From contig LBON01000001.1 in NCBI GenBank assembly GCA_000989525.1, positions 8,096 to 72,095 of the forward strand: a DNA stretch of 64,000 nucleotides, in the 5' to 3' direction. Below are positions 9,936 to 19,522 of the stretch, one piece after another. This stretch comes from a candidate division TM6 bacterium GW2011_GWF2_32_72. Lineage in GTDB: Bacteria; Babelota; Babeliae; Babelales; GWF2-32-72. The translations under genes and the position numbers were made by a program. Numbering within the stretch: the first letter of the stretch is position 1; each line of letters begins with the position of its first letter. Under the pieces are notes generated by a model that worked only from the letters and a program-made list of their open reading frames with translations, had not been told where the DNA came from and made no database searches.

Positions 9936-10655
9936 TTATTTCCCATTTGTTAAACCAACAGCCTTTTTAATTTTATAAAGAAGATCGTTTATACGTGCAA
10001 TATTATTATCTAACACTTCTTTAGCTTTTTCTGGCATTGTTTGAGCTTCTTTTTTTAACTCTTCAGATGCATTTGCAACAGCATCAAATTGATCTTTCAA
10101 ATCCAACTTTTGCTCCGCAGACATCGGCCCGGAAGTACTTTCTTTTTTAGACTTATATCCATTTATTTTCAAACTATTAATAGCTTTAAATGCCACCTTT
10201 TTTTCTGTTGGGCCAGCCATATTAATTTCATCACAGAAAATCCATCGGTTTTCTTCAATTATATATTTATTTTCTGTGCCCTTATCGTCTTTTGATACAA
10301 CTATAATTTCGACGTACTTTCTATTTTTAAATTCATGAATAACAGGTTCTGCTGGATTTTGTTGCTTAATTTCTTGAATTTCAGACAAATCTAATTCTGT
10401 AACATTATCACCAGGTAAAGTTTCTTTATTACCCGGAATTTCATAAACCGCTATTTTTTTATAAAGGCCCGGTCTTGAACTTCCTATTGAGATATTTTCT
10501 ACATTAAATTTATTACCTGCGGCATCTATAAGTTCTCCATAAAAATTTACATCTGGTTTTTCTTGCGTGTCATCTGATTGCTGAGATAAATTCATTAAGA
10601 CAAATAAAGATGGTATCAATAAATAAATTGATAACGTTTTTTTCTTCATTTTCAA
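9936..10655 (-). CDS. Secreted hypothetical protein.
   Basis: Signal peptide MKMKKKTLSIYLLIPSLFVLMNLS. No domain was recognised. It is divergent from the Cache operon. Confidence 0.45.
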   Translation of the reverse strand: MKMKKKTLSIYLLIPSLFVLMNLSQQSDDTQEKPDVNFYGELIDAAGNKFNVENISIGSSRPGLYKKIAVYEIPGNKETLPGDNVTELDLSEIQEIKQQNPAEPVIHEFKNRKYVEIIVVSKDDKGTENKYIIEENRWIFCDEINMAGPTEKKVAFKAINSLKINGYKSKKESTSGPMSAEQKLDLKDQFDAVANASEELKKEAQTMPEKAKEVLDNNIARINDLLYKIKKAVGLTNGK

Positions 10656-10812
10656 CTCCTTTAGTTTAAGAAAAATAATATCCTTTTATATTTACTATAA
10701 ATTAACAACTAGAAGCAAGTAGTAGGAAAATTTACTAAAAAGTTGTATTTATGGTCCTTGGATATATATGATGGCAAAAAATAACAAATCAATAATTATT
10801 TAGGAGATAATA

Positions 10813-12669
10813 ATGAAAAAAATAGCCATAATTTTGGCACTGTTTTTTGTTCCCAGTTTAATCTTATGCTCAGAAAGCCCAGAACAATCAACACAACTTC
10901 CCCAAAAAGAAATGGTTGATGAAAAATCAAATGAATATCTAACTCAAACACCAGAAATAGATACAACCAAAACAGATATAAATCTTCCAGAAATACCAAG
11001 TGCAGCAACAAAAATTATAGAAATCGAAACACCACAAGAAAGTATTGCTGAAACACAAGAATCACCCTTGGAACAAACAATAGAAAAAACTAAAGAAGCA
11101 ACGACTGCTTCAGAAAAAATAACATCTGAAGAAATTCAAATAACACCAAAGACGCAAGCTGTAATAGACCTAGTCAATAACGCAGTCGACTATACAATAA
11201 GTCATTCATTCACAGAATGTATGACTTATTTTAGAAACTTAACAAATGGAGACATTAACCTTCTTGTCATAGATCAAAAGGGAACCATTTTTATAGATAC
11301 AAATTATCCAAGAAGAACCTGGAAAAATATCCTTGAAGATCAAGACTCTGATGGGAAATATTATACAAAAGAAATAATCAATATAGCCTCTGAAAAAAAT
11401 GAAGGGTGGCTCACATATAGATGGGCCGGAATGACAAAATTAAGTTTTGTAAAAAAAATGATAATAAATAATAAAATGTTTATAGCCTGTTCTGGTGTGC
11501 ACCCATATACAAAAAAAGATGCAACAATGAATATGGTTAAATCAGCAATCGATTACTTACAACAACATGGAAAACAAGAAACATTTAACGCAATATCATA
11601 CCCACTTGGTCAATTCGTAGAAGGCGATATCAAAGTAGAAGCTTTTGACCTTCATGGAAAATGTTATGCCAGCGGATATGAATCATCTATGATTGGCGCA
11701 GATGTTATTGACCGGAAAGATCAAAATGGTGTTGCATATATACAAGAATATATAAAAGCCGTTGAACAAAAAAATGACAAAGAGGGAACTTGGGTTAAGC
11801 ATATGTTTAACAATGCTCCAAAAGAATCATACGTCGTACAAACCATAGACCCTCGAACCAATGAGGCATTTATTTTAGTATCAGGATACTTTCCTGAATC
11901 AACAGCCGAAAAAGTTCAAGATCTTGTAAACGCCGCAGTTGATTACATACAAAAAAACGGCCTTAAAAATGCAGACAAAATATTTGCTGATGTAAACAAA
12001 CCTTTTTTATTTGGTGATTTATATGTTTTTGTTCAAGGCCTTGATGGATGGGGATATGCCTGTGGACAATTATCAGGCTATGTAAATGTGAATCTTTTAA
12101 ACAATCAAAATGATGAATTAAAAAAAATCATAACAGATATAAACACAACCGCTGAAAATGGTGGCGGTTGGTCTGGTTACCAATTTCAAAATGGATACAA
12201 AAATTCATTCATAAGTCCTGTTGTTGATGTTGAAGGCAAAAAGGTTGTTGTTGGAGTTGGTTATTTCCCAGTCTCTAAGGAAACAACGAGTTTAATTTTA
12301 ATAAATAAAGCTGCAGAATATATGAAAAATCATGGTAAAAAAGCTATTTTACGAGAACTTGTAAAAGATAGAGGCCCTTTTGAAATTGGAGACTTATTTA
12401 TTTTTGCCTTTGACTTTAATGGCTATTGTCTAGCTTATAATGGTTATTACGATAGAATCTGGAAAAACTTCTTAGACCTTAAAGATAAAGATGGGGTGGA
12501 CGTCATAAAAGAAATGATAGAAACCGCCAAAAAGGGTGATGGATGGGTAAAATATAAAGCAGGCAACTTAATGCGAAGAATATATGTACATCCAACAGGC
12601 AAATTTGAAGATGCCTCTCAACCATTTTCAACCTCACCATTAATGCTAGCTGTAAGTTTCTATGAATAA
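10813..12669 (+). CDS. Secreted protein with four tandem sCache_2 domains, preceded by an acidic Thr/Glu/Gln-rich low-complexity stalk.
   Basis: Signal peptide MKKIAIILALFFVPSLILCS. The Cache_2 signature recurs four times (GDL[YF][IV]F..D..G..[LW]A...........[LI]..[KN]D.DG........I..A..G.GW..Y.W.N......Y[VI]...). An RBS (aggag) is present. Confidence 0.8.
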   Translation: MKKIAIILALFFVPSLILCSESPEQSTQLPQKEMVDEKSNEYLTQTPEIDTTKTDINLPEIPSAATKIIEIETPQESIAETQESPLEQTIEKTKEATTASEKITSEEIQITPKTQAVIDLVNNAVDYTISHSFTECMTYFRNLTNGDINLLVIDQKGTIFIDTNYPRRTWKNILEDQDSDGKYYTKEIINIASEKNEGWLTYRWAGMTKLSFVKKMIINNKMFIACSGVHPYTKKDATMNMVKSAIDYLQQHGKQETFNAISYPLGQFVEGDIKVEAFDLHGKCYASGYESSMIGADVIDRKDQNGVAYIQEYIKAVEQKNDKEGTWVKHMFNNAPKESYVVQTIDPRTNEAFILVSGYFPESTAEKVQDLVNAAVDYIQKNGLKNADKIFADVNKPFLFGDLYVFVQGLDGWGYACGQLSGYVNVNLLNNQNDELKKIITDINTTAENGGGWSGYQFQNGYKNSFISPVVDVEGKKVVVGVGYFPVSKETTSLILINKAAEYMKNHGKKAILRELVKDRGPFEIGDLFIFAFDFNGYCLAYNGYYDRIWKNFLDLKDKDGVDVIKEMIETAKKGDGWVKYKAGNLMRRIYVHPTGKFEDASQPFSTSPLMLAVSFYE

Positions 12670-12680
12670 AGGCTAGGCCC

Positions 12681-14123
12681 ATGAAAAACAAATTAATAAC
12701 TATTTTTTTTCTGTTACTTTTTACAAAAACTATAGAAGGAACTCTTGCTGAAGAGCAAAAGAAAACCTTAGAAACTACACTTAAAAAAATAAAAAAAAAT
12801 AAAGATGAAAAACTTCAAATAGAAGCTAAACAAAAAATCGAATCTGAAAATACAATAAAACAAAATATTAAATTTTCAGGCTTTATAAAATTAGCTGCAT
12901 ATGATGATACAAGACAAGTTTATGGTGCTAGAGACGATTATTTTCTTCTTTACCCTGAAAAAAAAGAACTTTTATGTGGCCTTGATAAAAATGCAAAGGC
13001 TCAAGGCTATATAACACCTATAGAAAGTAGACTTAGGGTCGATATAGATGGCCCTAAAATTTGGGAACTTGGCCTAAATGGTGTAATCGAAGGTGATTTT
13101 TTTGGTACAAATGAAGAAAACATTTATACACCAAGAATGCGGCTCGCTTATTTAAATATTCGGGGAAAACAATTTTCCATCTTAGCAGGACAAGAATATC
13201 ATCCACTAACACCCCTTAAAATTATTCCAGAGACCGTTTCATTTAACTCAGGTTGTCCAATGGAGCCATTTGCTCGATCACCTCAATTGCGATTTACACT
13301 ACATTTTCCAAAAATCAACGCCTTTCTTTGTCTTCTCTCTCAAAGCCCTGGTGAAGTTACCCCTGGATTTGAAGGATGTGACTGTAAATATTTAAGAGAT
13401 GCTGTTGTACCAAATATTAGCTTAGGTGCTGATACAAAAATTAAAGATTCAACATTAGGTTGTTGTTTGGACTGGAAACAAATAAGACCCAGACTTAAAA
13501 GCATCGATGAAACAAAAACTGTAAGTGAAATGTTTGCCTCAACATCTTTTTGTGCTTATACATCAATTGATATTCCCAAAGCTATCATTAAAGGCAAATT
13601 TACTTATGGAAATAACCTTCCTGAACTAAGCATGCTTGGCGGGTACGCTGTTCAAAAAATATCGGGGTGTTGTTCGGAAGAAAACACCATCGCCAACAGA
13701 TCATTTTCTTACACAGGTTTACGTGCAATTGCAATTTGGAATGATAATACACTAAAAATACATAAGCGCATTGAGCCCGGGCTATTCTGGGGATACACAA
13801 AAAACATAGGTGCAAATGACGATTTTATAATTAGCTATAAAGATTCAAACGGTGTAACCACACCATTAACTTTCACTTTGACCAATGCAACACAAATTGA
13901 CTACGTATTTAGACTTTCACCCAGAATTAAAATAAAAGAAAAACCAGTTGTATTTGGTGGAGAAATTGAATGGACAAGGGCTCGTTACGGTACAATTAAA
14001 AGTATAACAACATCAAATTCAAATAATCAGACAGTTGTAGCAACAACAGATAAAGGTTCTCTTGAAAATTTATACTCGGTTAACAATATACGATTTATTG
14101 CCACAGTCTCATACAATTTTTAA
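12681..14123 (+). CDS. Outer-membrane beta-barrel protein with an N-terminal coiled-coil segment, encoded inside the Cache operon.
   Basis: Signal peptide MKNKLITIFFLLLFTKTIEG. A Lys/Glu-rich helical segment is followed by a beta-rich body. The C-terminus is aromatic (…VSYNF). It starts 11 bp after the upstream gene and ends 15 bp before the next. Confidence 0.6.
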   Translation: MKNKLITIFFLLLFTKTIEGTLAEEQKKTLETTLKKIKKNKDEKLQIEAKQKIESENTIKQNIKFSGFIKLAAYDDTRQVYGARDDYFLLYPEKKELLCGLDKNAKAQGYITPIESRLRVDIDGPKIWELGLNGVIEGDFFGTNEENIYTPRMRLAYLNIRGKQFSILAGQEYHPLTPLKIIPETVSFNSGCPMEPFARSPQLRFTLHFPKINAFLCLLSQSPGEVTPGFEGCDCKYLRDAVVPNISLGADTKIKDSTLGCCLDWKQIRPRLKSIDETKTVSEMFASTSFCAYTSIDIPKAIIKGKFTYGNNLPELSMLGGYAVQKISGCCSEENTIANRSFSYTGLRAIAIWNDNTLKIHKRIEPGLFWGYTKNIGANDDFIISYKDSNGVTTPLTFTLTNATQIDYVFRLSPRIKIKEKPVVFGGEIEWTRARYGTIKSITTSNSNNQTVVATTDKGSLENLYSVNNIRFIATVSYNF

Positions 14124-14138
14124 ATAACAGGAATAAAT

Positions 14139-15788
14139 ATGAAAATAAAATTTTTACTTTTTAGCATATTGCCTATACAACTTTTTGCATCCGCTATCAC
14201 AGATCAAACGAATGAGCCAAATTCACAATTTTTTTTAAATAAAACGGAAATTGAAATTGATTTAGAATTAAAAAAAAAACAGGCCAAAGACTTAGTTTTA
14301 AAAGCGATAGAATTCACCAAATCACATTCTTTTGACAAATGCATGGAACAATTTAGAACCCAAGAATTTATTAAAGGGGATACTTATATTGCCGTAGGTG
14401 ATATGAATGGTCGAATAATCACACATGGAAACAATAATGAAATAATCTGGAAAGATTTTTATAACGTACAAGATGCTGAAGGAAATTATTTTATCAGAGA
14501 TGCCATTAACACAGCCGAACTTGGTGGTGGTTGGATAACATATGAATGGTTTAATGTCACAAAAAAATCATATGTCCAAAAATTTGAAAAAAATGGTGAT
14601 TCATACTTTATTTTAGCCGGTTATTACCCTCATTCAAAAAAAGATGCTGTTATTACCTTGGTTACACAAGGTGTTAAATATTTTAATGCCAATGGGAAAA
14701 CAAAAACGCAAAATCTAATCAGTTACCCGCTTGGAAGATTTGTAGAAGGTGATTTATTTTTATTTTTATTAGATTTTAATGGAGTATGTTGGGGCAATGG
14801 TAAATCCATTGGATTAATTGGAAAAAATTTAATTAACGAAAAAGATTCAAATAACAAACTTTATATACAAGAATTTATTCAATCGTTAAAAGTAAACAAA
14901 TTTGATTGGATTTCATATTCAATTAATGAAGATCCAAAAGAAGCATTCCTGGTCAAAATAACTGATGCACAAACAAAACAAGACTATATCTTGGGTTGTG
15001 AATATTCCCCCGATATAAAAAGTGATGTTGTAAAAAATTTGGTAAAAAAAGGTATACAATTTTTTAAAACCCATGGACCAATAGAAGCCTCCAAAAATTT
15101 TAGTAAAGAAGAATCAGACTATTCCCATGGATACGTTACTCTTTTTGTTTTTGATTTTAATGGTAAATGTATAGCCCATGGAGAGGAGCCCTCATTTGTA
15201 GGCAAAGATATGTTAGATATTAAAGATCAGTCTGGTGAAAAATTTGTTGAAAAAATAATAAAAAAAGCAAAAGAAAATGGTGGATGGTTAAGCTATAGAT
15301 GGAAAAATGCAAATTATTTTACATACATAGAAAAAATAACGCTTAGCAACAAAAATTATGCCATAGGAGCCGGTTTTTTTCCTATATCAAAATATGAAAC
15401 ATCACAATTGTTAATAAATTCTGCCGTAGATGCTATTAATCAAAATGGCTCTATCGCAGCCTTAAGAGATTTCACAAAAGATGAAGGTCTTTTTATCAGA
15501 GGTGATCTATTCATTTTTGCATATGATCTTAAAGGCAATTGCCTTGCATATCGCAATGAGTTTTCAAAAATATGGCAAAATTTCTTAGAAGCAAAAGATG
15601 ATAATGGAAAGAACTACGTAAAAGAAATGATAGAAGAAGCTACCTCGGGTTATGGCTGGACAGACTACTCCATAAATAATTCACCACAAAGAGCATTTGT
15701 TAAATTAATCCAACCATCAACAAAAAAAATTAAATATGATCTAGACCTAGACTTTCCGTTCATAATTGGCACAGTCTTCTATAAATAA
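14139..15788 (+). CDS. Secreted protein with four tandem sCache_2 domains (paralog 2).
   Basis: Signal peptide. There are four repeats of the Cache_2 signature, for example ...IAVGDMNGRIITHGNNNEIIWKDFYNVQDAEGNYFIRDAINTAELGGGWITYEWFNVTKKSYVQKF.... Confidence 0.8.
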   Translation: MKIKFLLFSILPIQLFASAITDQTNEPNSQFFLNKTEIEIDLELKKKQAKDLVLKAIEFTKSHSFDKCMEQFRTQEFIKGDTYIAVGDMNGRIITHGNNNEIIWKDFYNVQDAEGNYFIRDAINTAELGGGWITYEWFNVTKKSYVQKFEKNGDSYFILAGYYPHSKKDAVITLVTQGVKYFNANGKTKTQNLISYPLGRFVEGDLFLFLLDFNGVCWGNGKSIGLIGKNLINEKDSNNKLYIQEFIQSLKVNKFDWISYSINEDPKEAFLVKITDAQTKQDYILGCEYSPDIKSDVVKNLVKKGIQFFKTHGPIEASKNFSKEESDYSHGYVTLFVFDFNGKCIAHGEEPSFVGKDMLDIKDQSGEKFVEKIIKKAKENGGWLSYRWKNANYFTYIEKITLSNKNYAIGAGFFPISKYETSQLLINSAVDAINQNGSIAALRDFTKDEGLFIRGDLFIFAYDLKGNCLAYRNEFSKIWQNFLEAKDDNGKNYVKEMIEEATSGYGWTDYSINNSPQRAFVKLIQPSTKKIKYDLDLDFPFIIGTVFYK

Positions 15789-15799
15789 TTGGAGCATAA

Positions 15800-17392
15800 A
15801 TGAATAAACTAATTTTTTTAATATTACTAATAATAGTCAACCTGAATGCGAAAGCAACATCATCAAACAAAGCTTCCCCAAAAAATCCTTTTGAAACTTC
15901 AAGCCAACGAATTGAAAAGCAAGTTGATAATGCATATACAATTCTAGAAAACAATTCATTTGAAAAAGCAATATCAATGATCGGCAATCCTGAATTAATT
16001 TATGGAAAAGAAGCTGTTTTTATACTTGATTTTGAAGGAAACATAATTCAACAATACATAAACCCTCAAAATATTTGGAGCAATATATTTAATGCCCAAG
16101 ATAAATTTGGTAAAAAATATATAGAAGCTATTTTAAATCAAGCCTCACAAGACAGTGGATGGGTTTCTTATGCATGGCAGGGCACAACTAAATTTACATT
16201 TGTAAAAAAGATTGAAAAAGAAAATACTCCATACGTCATTGGCTCTGGCTTTTACCCATACACCAAATGGTCTGCTGCCGTTAATATGGTTGATAATGCA
16301 GTAAATTATTTTTACAAAAACACGACCGAAGAATCCTTTGCAGCATTTAGCTATCCAGTAGGAGAATTTATCTCTGGAGACTTATACGTTTTTGCGTTCG
16401 ACTTAGAAGGCAATTGCCTTGCTCATGGAAATGACCCCGGACTTATAGGTCAAAATCTATATGACCTTCAAGATCCTGATGGTAAATATTTTATTCGAGA
16501 TTTCATAGAAAAAGTTAAACTTGTAGATTATGCCTGGTCCGATTATATTTGGTATGGTGCCCCTAAAAAAAGTTATATAACAAAAGTAACAGATCAGATC
16601 TCCAATAAAAAGTACATTCTTGGAGTTGGATATTATCCAAACACAAACAGAGAAAAAGTCGAAGAATATGTTAAAAGAGGCTTTAGTTTCCTTAAATTCA
16701 ATGGGGTATCTCACGCCGTTAAAGAATTTCAAAATAGACTGGGAAACTATGTTTATGGTGACATATTCTTATTTGTATATGATCTGAAAGGCAATTGTCT
16801 CGCCAATGGAGAAAAACCTTCATGGATAGGTCAAAATGTATTAAGTATAGAAAATCAAGATGGTGTTAAACCTATTGAACTTCTAATTGATAAAGCACAA
16901 AGAGGTGGAGGATGGATTGACTATCAATGGAACAATGGAAACACATCTGCTTATATAGAACCTATAAACATTGGACCTGAAAAAGCCTTGATAGGCTCAA
17001 GTTTTTATCCAATATCTCAATATGAATTCGCTATATTAACAGCCAACTCAATTTATGATGAAATAGAACAGGAAGGCGAAGAAAAAGTATTTAATAAACT
17101 AGTATCTGGAAATTCAAAATTTTTACGTGGTGATTTAGATACAAGAATCTATGATATAAATGGAAACTGCCTTGCCTCAAACAATTACCAACACATATGG
17201 AAAAAATACTTTGACGCAGTTGATCAAACTGGAAAACCATATTTTATAAAAATGGCTAAAAGCGCAGAACAAGGTCTTGGCTGGATAGAAACCAAACAAC
17301 GCAATGCAACAAAAAAAACATTCACACTTCGAGCCGGAAATCGTCAATTTATGGGGTTACCGTACTTTATTACTACAAGTTTTTTTGAATAA
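15800..17392 (+). CDS. Secreted protein with four tandem sCache_2 domains (paralog 3).
   Basis: Signal peptide MNKLIFLILLIIVNLNA. Four Cache_2 repeats are present. An RBS (ggag) precedes the start, 11 bp after the upstream gene. Confidence 0.8.
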   Translation: MNKLIFLILLIIVNLNAKATSSNKASPKNPFETSSQRIEKQVDNAYTILENNSFEKAISMIGNPELIYGKEAVFILDFEGNIIQQYINPQNIWSNIFNAQDKFGKKYIEAILNQASQDSGWVSYAWQGTTKFTFVKKIEKENTPYVIGSGFYPYTKWSAAVNMVDNAVNYFYKNTTEESFAAFSYPVGEFISGDLYVFAFDLEGNCLAHGNDPGLIGQNLYDLQDPDGKYFIRDFIEKVKLVDYAWSDYIWYGAPKKSYITKVTDQISNKKYILGVGYYPNTNREKVEEYVKRGFSFLKFNGVSHAVKEFQNRLGNYVYGDIFLFVYDLKGNCLANGEKPSWIGQNVLSIENQDGVKPIELLIDKAQRGGGWIDYQWNNGNTSAYIEPINIGPEKALIGSSFYPISQYEFAILTANSIYDEIEQEGEEKVFNKLVSGNSKFLRGDLDTRIYDINGNCLASNNYQHIWKKYFDAVDQTGKPYFIKMAKSAEQGLGWIETKQRNATKKTFTLRAGNRQFMGLPYFITTSFFE

Positions 17393-17406
17393 ACCTTTAA
17401 CAAATA

Positions 17407-17444
17407 AACAAGAGTCTCTGGTTTTATTGAGACTCTTGTTTTCC
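17407..17444 (+). terminator. Rho-independent terminator closing the Cache operon.
   Basis: 12-bp stem aacaagagtctc/gagactcttgtt with a 10-nt loop and a T-rich tail. Confidence 0.7.
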
Positions 17445-17503
17445 AAGATCTCTTTAGATTCAAATTAAATTTTATGCTAAACTAAACGCATCTTAAAATA
17501 TTT

Positions 17504-19522
17504 TTGTACAAAAATGGATCCAATAATTCAATGCTTATAGAAGTCAAATTACTCAAGGGATTTTCCGAAAAATTAATTTACAAAGTGCCAGAAGACTGGG
17601 ATACAAATGATATTGAAGGTAAAATCGTAAAAGTTCCACTCAAACAGATGGTACTTCCTGCAATTGTAACAAACAAATTTGACTCACATCCCAATGAAAA
17701 AACATTTAAGATCCGCAATGCAATAGAAATTGAAAACTTTCCACATGATGCAAATTATGATTCATTAATCAAAAAACTTTCTGTCTATTACCAGATTGAA
17801 GAATTACATTTTATAAAACGCATTCGTCAATTTATGATTCAAAAAGAGGCAAAAGAAATTGATGTAATCCAACATGCTGCATTAAGTCAAAATAATTTAC
17901 AAAAAACTTCCGTTGTACAACTCACACAAGAACAGCAAGATGTTGTTGATTTTGTTGTTCCATTTATTAAAAAACCAAAATATTTGCCAACTTTAGTTCA
18001 CGGCGTAACTGGTTCTGGTAAAACTGAAATTTATAAAAGATTAATTTTAACAGCTATTGAACAAAATAAATCTGCAATTCTTTTACTTCCAGAAGTCACT
18101 CTTGCTACAAACTTTGAAAACATCTTAAGAGAGCAACTTCCAAGTAATGTAGAAATATTTGGATTTCACTCATCTACAACAATTAAACAAAAACAAATAT
18201 TGTGGCAAAACTTACTTAAAGAAAAACCTATTTTAATAATCGGCGTTCATCTCCCAACACTTTTGCCTATTGCCAACTTAGGATTAATTATCGTTGATGA
18301 AGAACACGAAGCAGGCTTTCAAGAAAAAAAACATCCAAAATTAAATTCAAAAGAAGTCGCTTTACTCAAGGCACAAGAAAACAAAATTCCAATTATTTTA
18401 GGATCTGCGACTCCTTCAATAACCTCTCTCTATAATACGGCCGAAAGAGGGTGGAAATTGTTTAAACTTCACAAACGTTTTGGTGGAAGTTTTCCAAATA
18501 TAAAAATTATAAATCTAAAAGATAAAAAACAACGTAGAAATTTTTGGATATCTCAAGAACTTGAAAATGAAATTAAAATTAAATTACAAAAAAAAGAACA
18601 AGTAATAATTTTTTTAAACAGAAGAGGATTTAGTTTTTTTGTTCAATGCAAACTCTGTGGATTTATTTTTGAATGTCCAAACTGCTCTGTAAGTCTAACT
18701 TTACATAATGACAATAACCTTAATTGTCATTATTGCGAACATCAAAAAATATTTGAAAACAAATGTCCAAAATGCCCCGCAAAAGAGCAAGACTTAATTA
18801 AAAAAGGTATTGGCACACAACAAGTTGTAACAATTTTAGAAAAACTTTTTCCCCAAGCAAAAATAGCGCGCGCCGACATGGACACAACAACTAAAAAAGC
18901 TCTTTGGAAAAAAACATTAGAAGATTTTAAATCCGGCGAAATAAATATACTTGTAGGAACCCAATCAATTACAAAAGGCTTTCACTTCCCTAAAGTTACT
19001 TTAGTTGGAATATTATGGTCAGATCTAAATTTACATTTTCCAATTTACAATGCAGCAGAAACCTGCCTTCAACAATTAATTCAAGTTGCAGGAAGAGCTG
19101 GAAGACAAAGTCAAGAAAGTACTGTGATTGCACAAGTTATGTCTGAACATTCAATTTTCAACCATTTAAATGAACAACATTATTTAAATTTTTATGAGTT
19201 GGAACTAGAAAAAAGAAAAATGGTTTCTTACCCACCATTCATTAGACTTGCAGAACTTGAATTAAAAAGCACCAATGAAAAAATATTAGAATATGATGCT
19301 CAACAAGTTGCAACCAAGTTACGCTCTATCTGTCAAGAAAAAAAACTAGATATTTTTATTTTAGGTCCTGCCAAGCCGCCTATTTATAAATTAAACAACT
19401 CGTATTCAAGAAAAATTTATATTAAATCTAAAGACATTCAAGAGATCTTTTTACTTGTTCAATTTGCACAAAACATCAAGCTTAAAAGTCAAATATTCTT
19501 TACTCCAAATCCTTTGAATTAG
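17504..19522 (+). CDS. priA: Primosomal protein N' (PriA helicase).
   Basis: Walker A (GVTGSGKTEIY) and DEEHE box are present. Cys-rich zinc fingers follow (CKLCGFIFECPNC...CHYCEH...CPKCP), then the C-terminal helicase domain. The true start may be the internal ATG at 17531. Confidence 0.9.
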   Translation: MYKNGSNNSMLIEVKLLKGFSEKLIYKVPEDWDTNDIEGKIVKVPLKQMVLPAIVTNKFDSHPNEKTFKIRNAIEIENFPHDANYDSLIKKLSVYYQIEELHFIKRIRQFMIQKEAKEIDVIQHAALSQNNLQKTSVVQLTQEQQDVVDFVVPFIKKPKYLPTLVHGVTGSGKTEIYKRLILTAIEQNKSAILLLPEVTLATNFENILREQLPSNVEIFGFHSSTTIKQKQILWQNLLKEKPILIIGVHLPTLLPIANLGLIIVDEEHEAGFQEKKHPKLNSKEVALLKAQENKIPIILGSATPSITSLYNTAERGWKLFKLHKRFGGSFPNIKIINLKDKKQRRNFWISQELENEIKIKLQKKEQVIIFLNRRGFSFFVQCKLCGFIFECPNCSVSLTLHNDNNLNCHYCEHQKIFENKCPKCPAKEQDLIKKGIGTQQVVTILEKLFPQAKIARADMDTTTKKALWKKTLEDFKSGEINILVGTQSITKGFHFPKVTLVGILWSDLNLHFPIYNAAETCLQQLIQVAGRAGRQSQESTVIAQVMSEHSIFNHLNEQHYLNFYELELEKRKMVSYPPFIRLAELELKSTNEKILEYDAQQVATKLRSICQEKKLDIFILGPAKPPIYKLNNSYSRKIYIKSKDIQEIFLLVQFAQNIKLKSQIFFTPNPLN

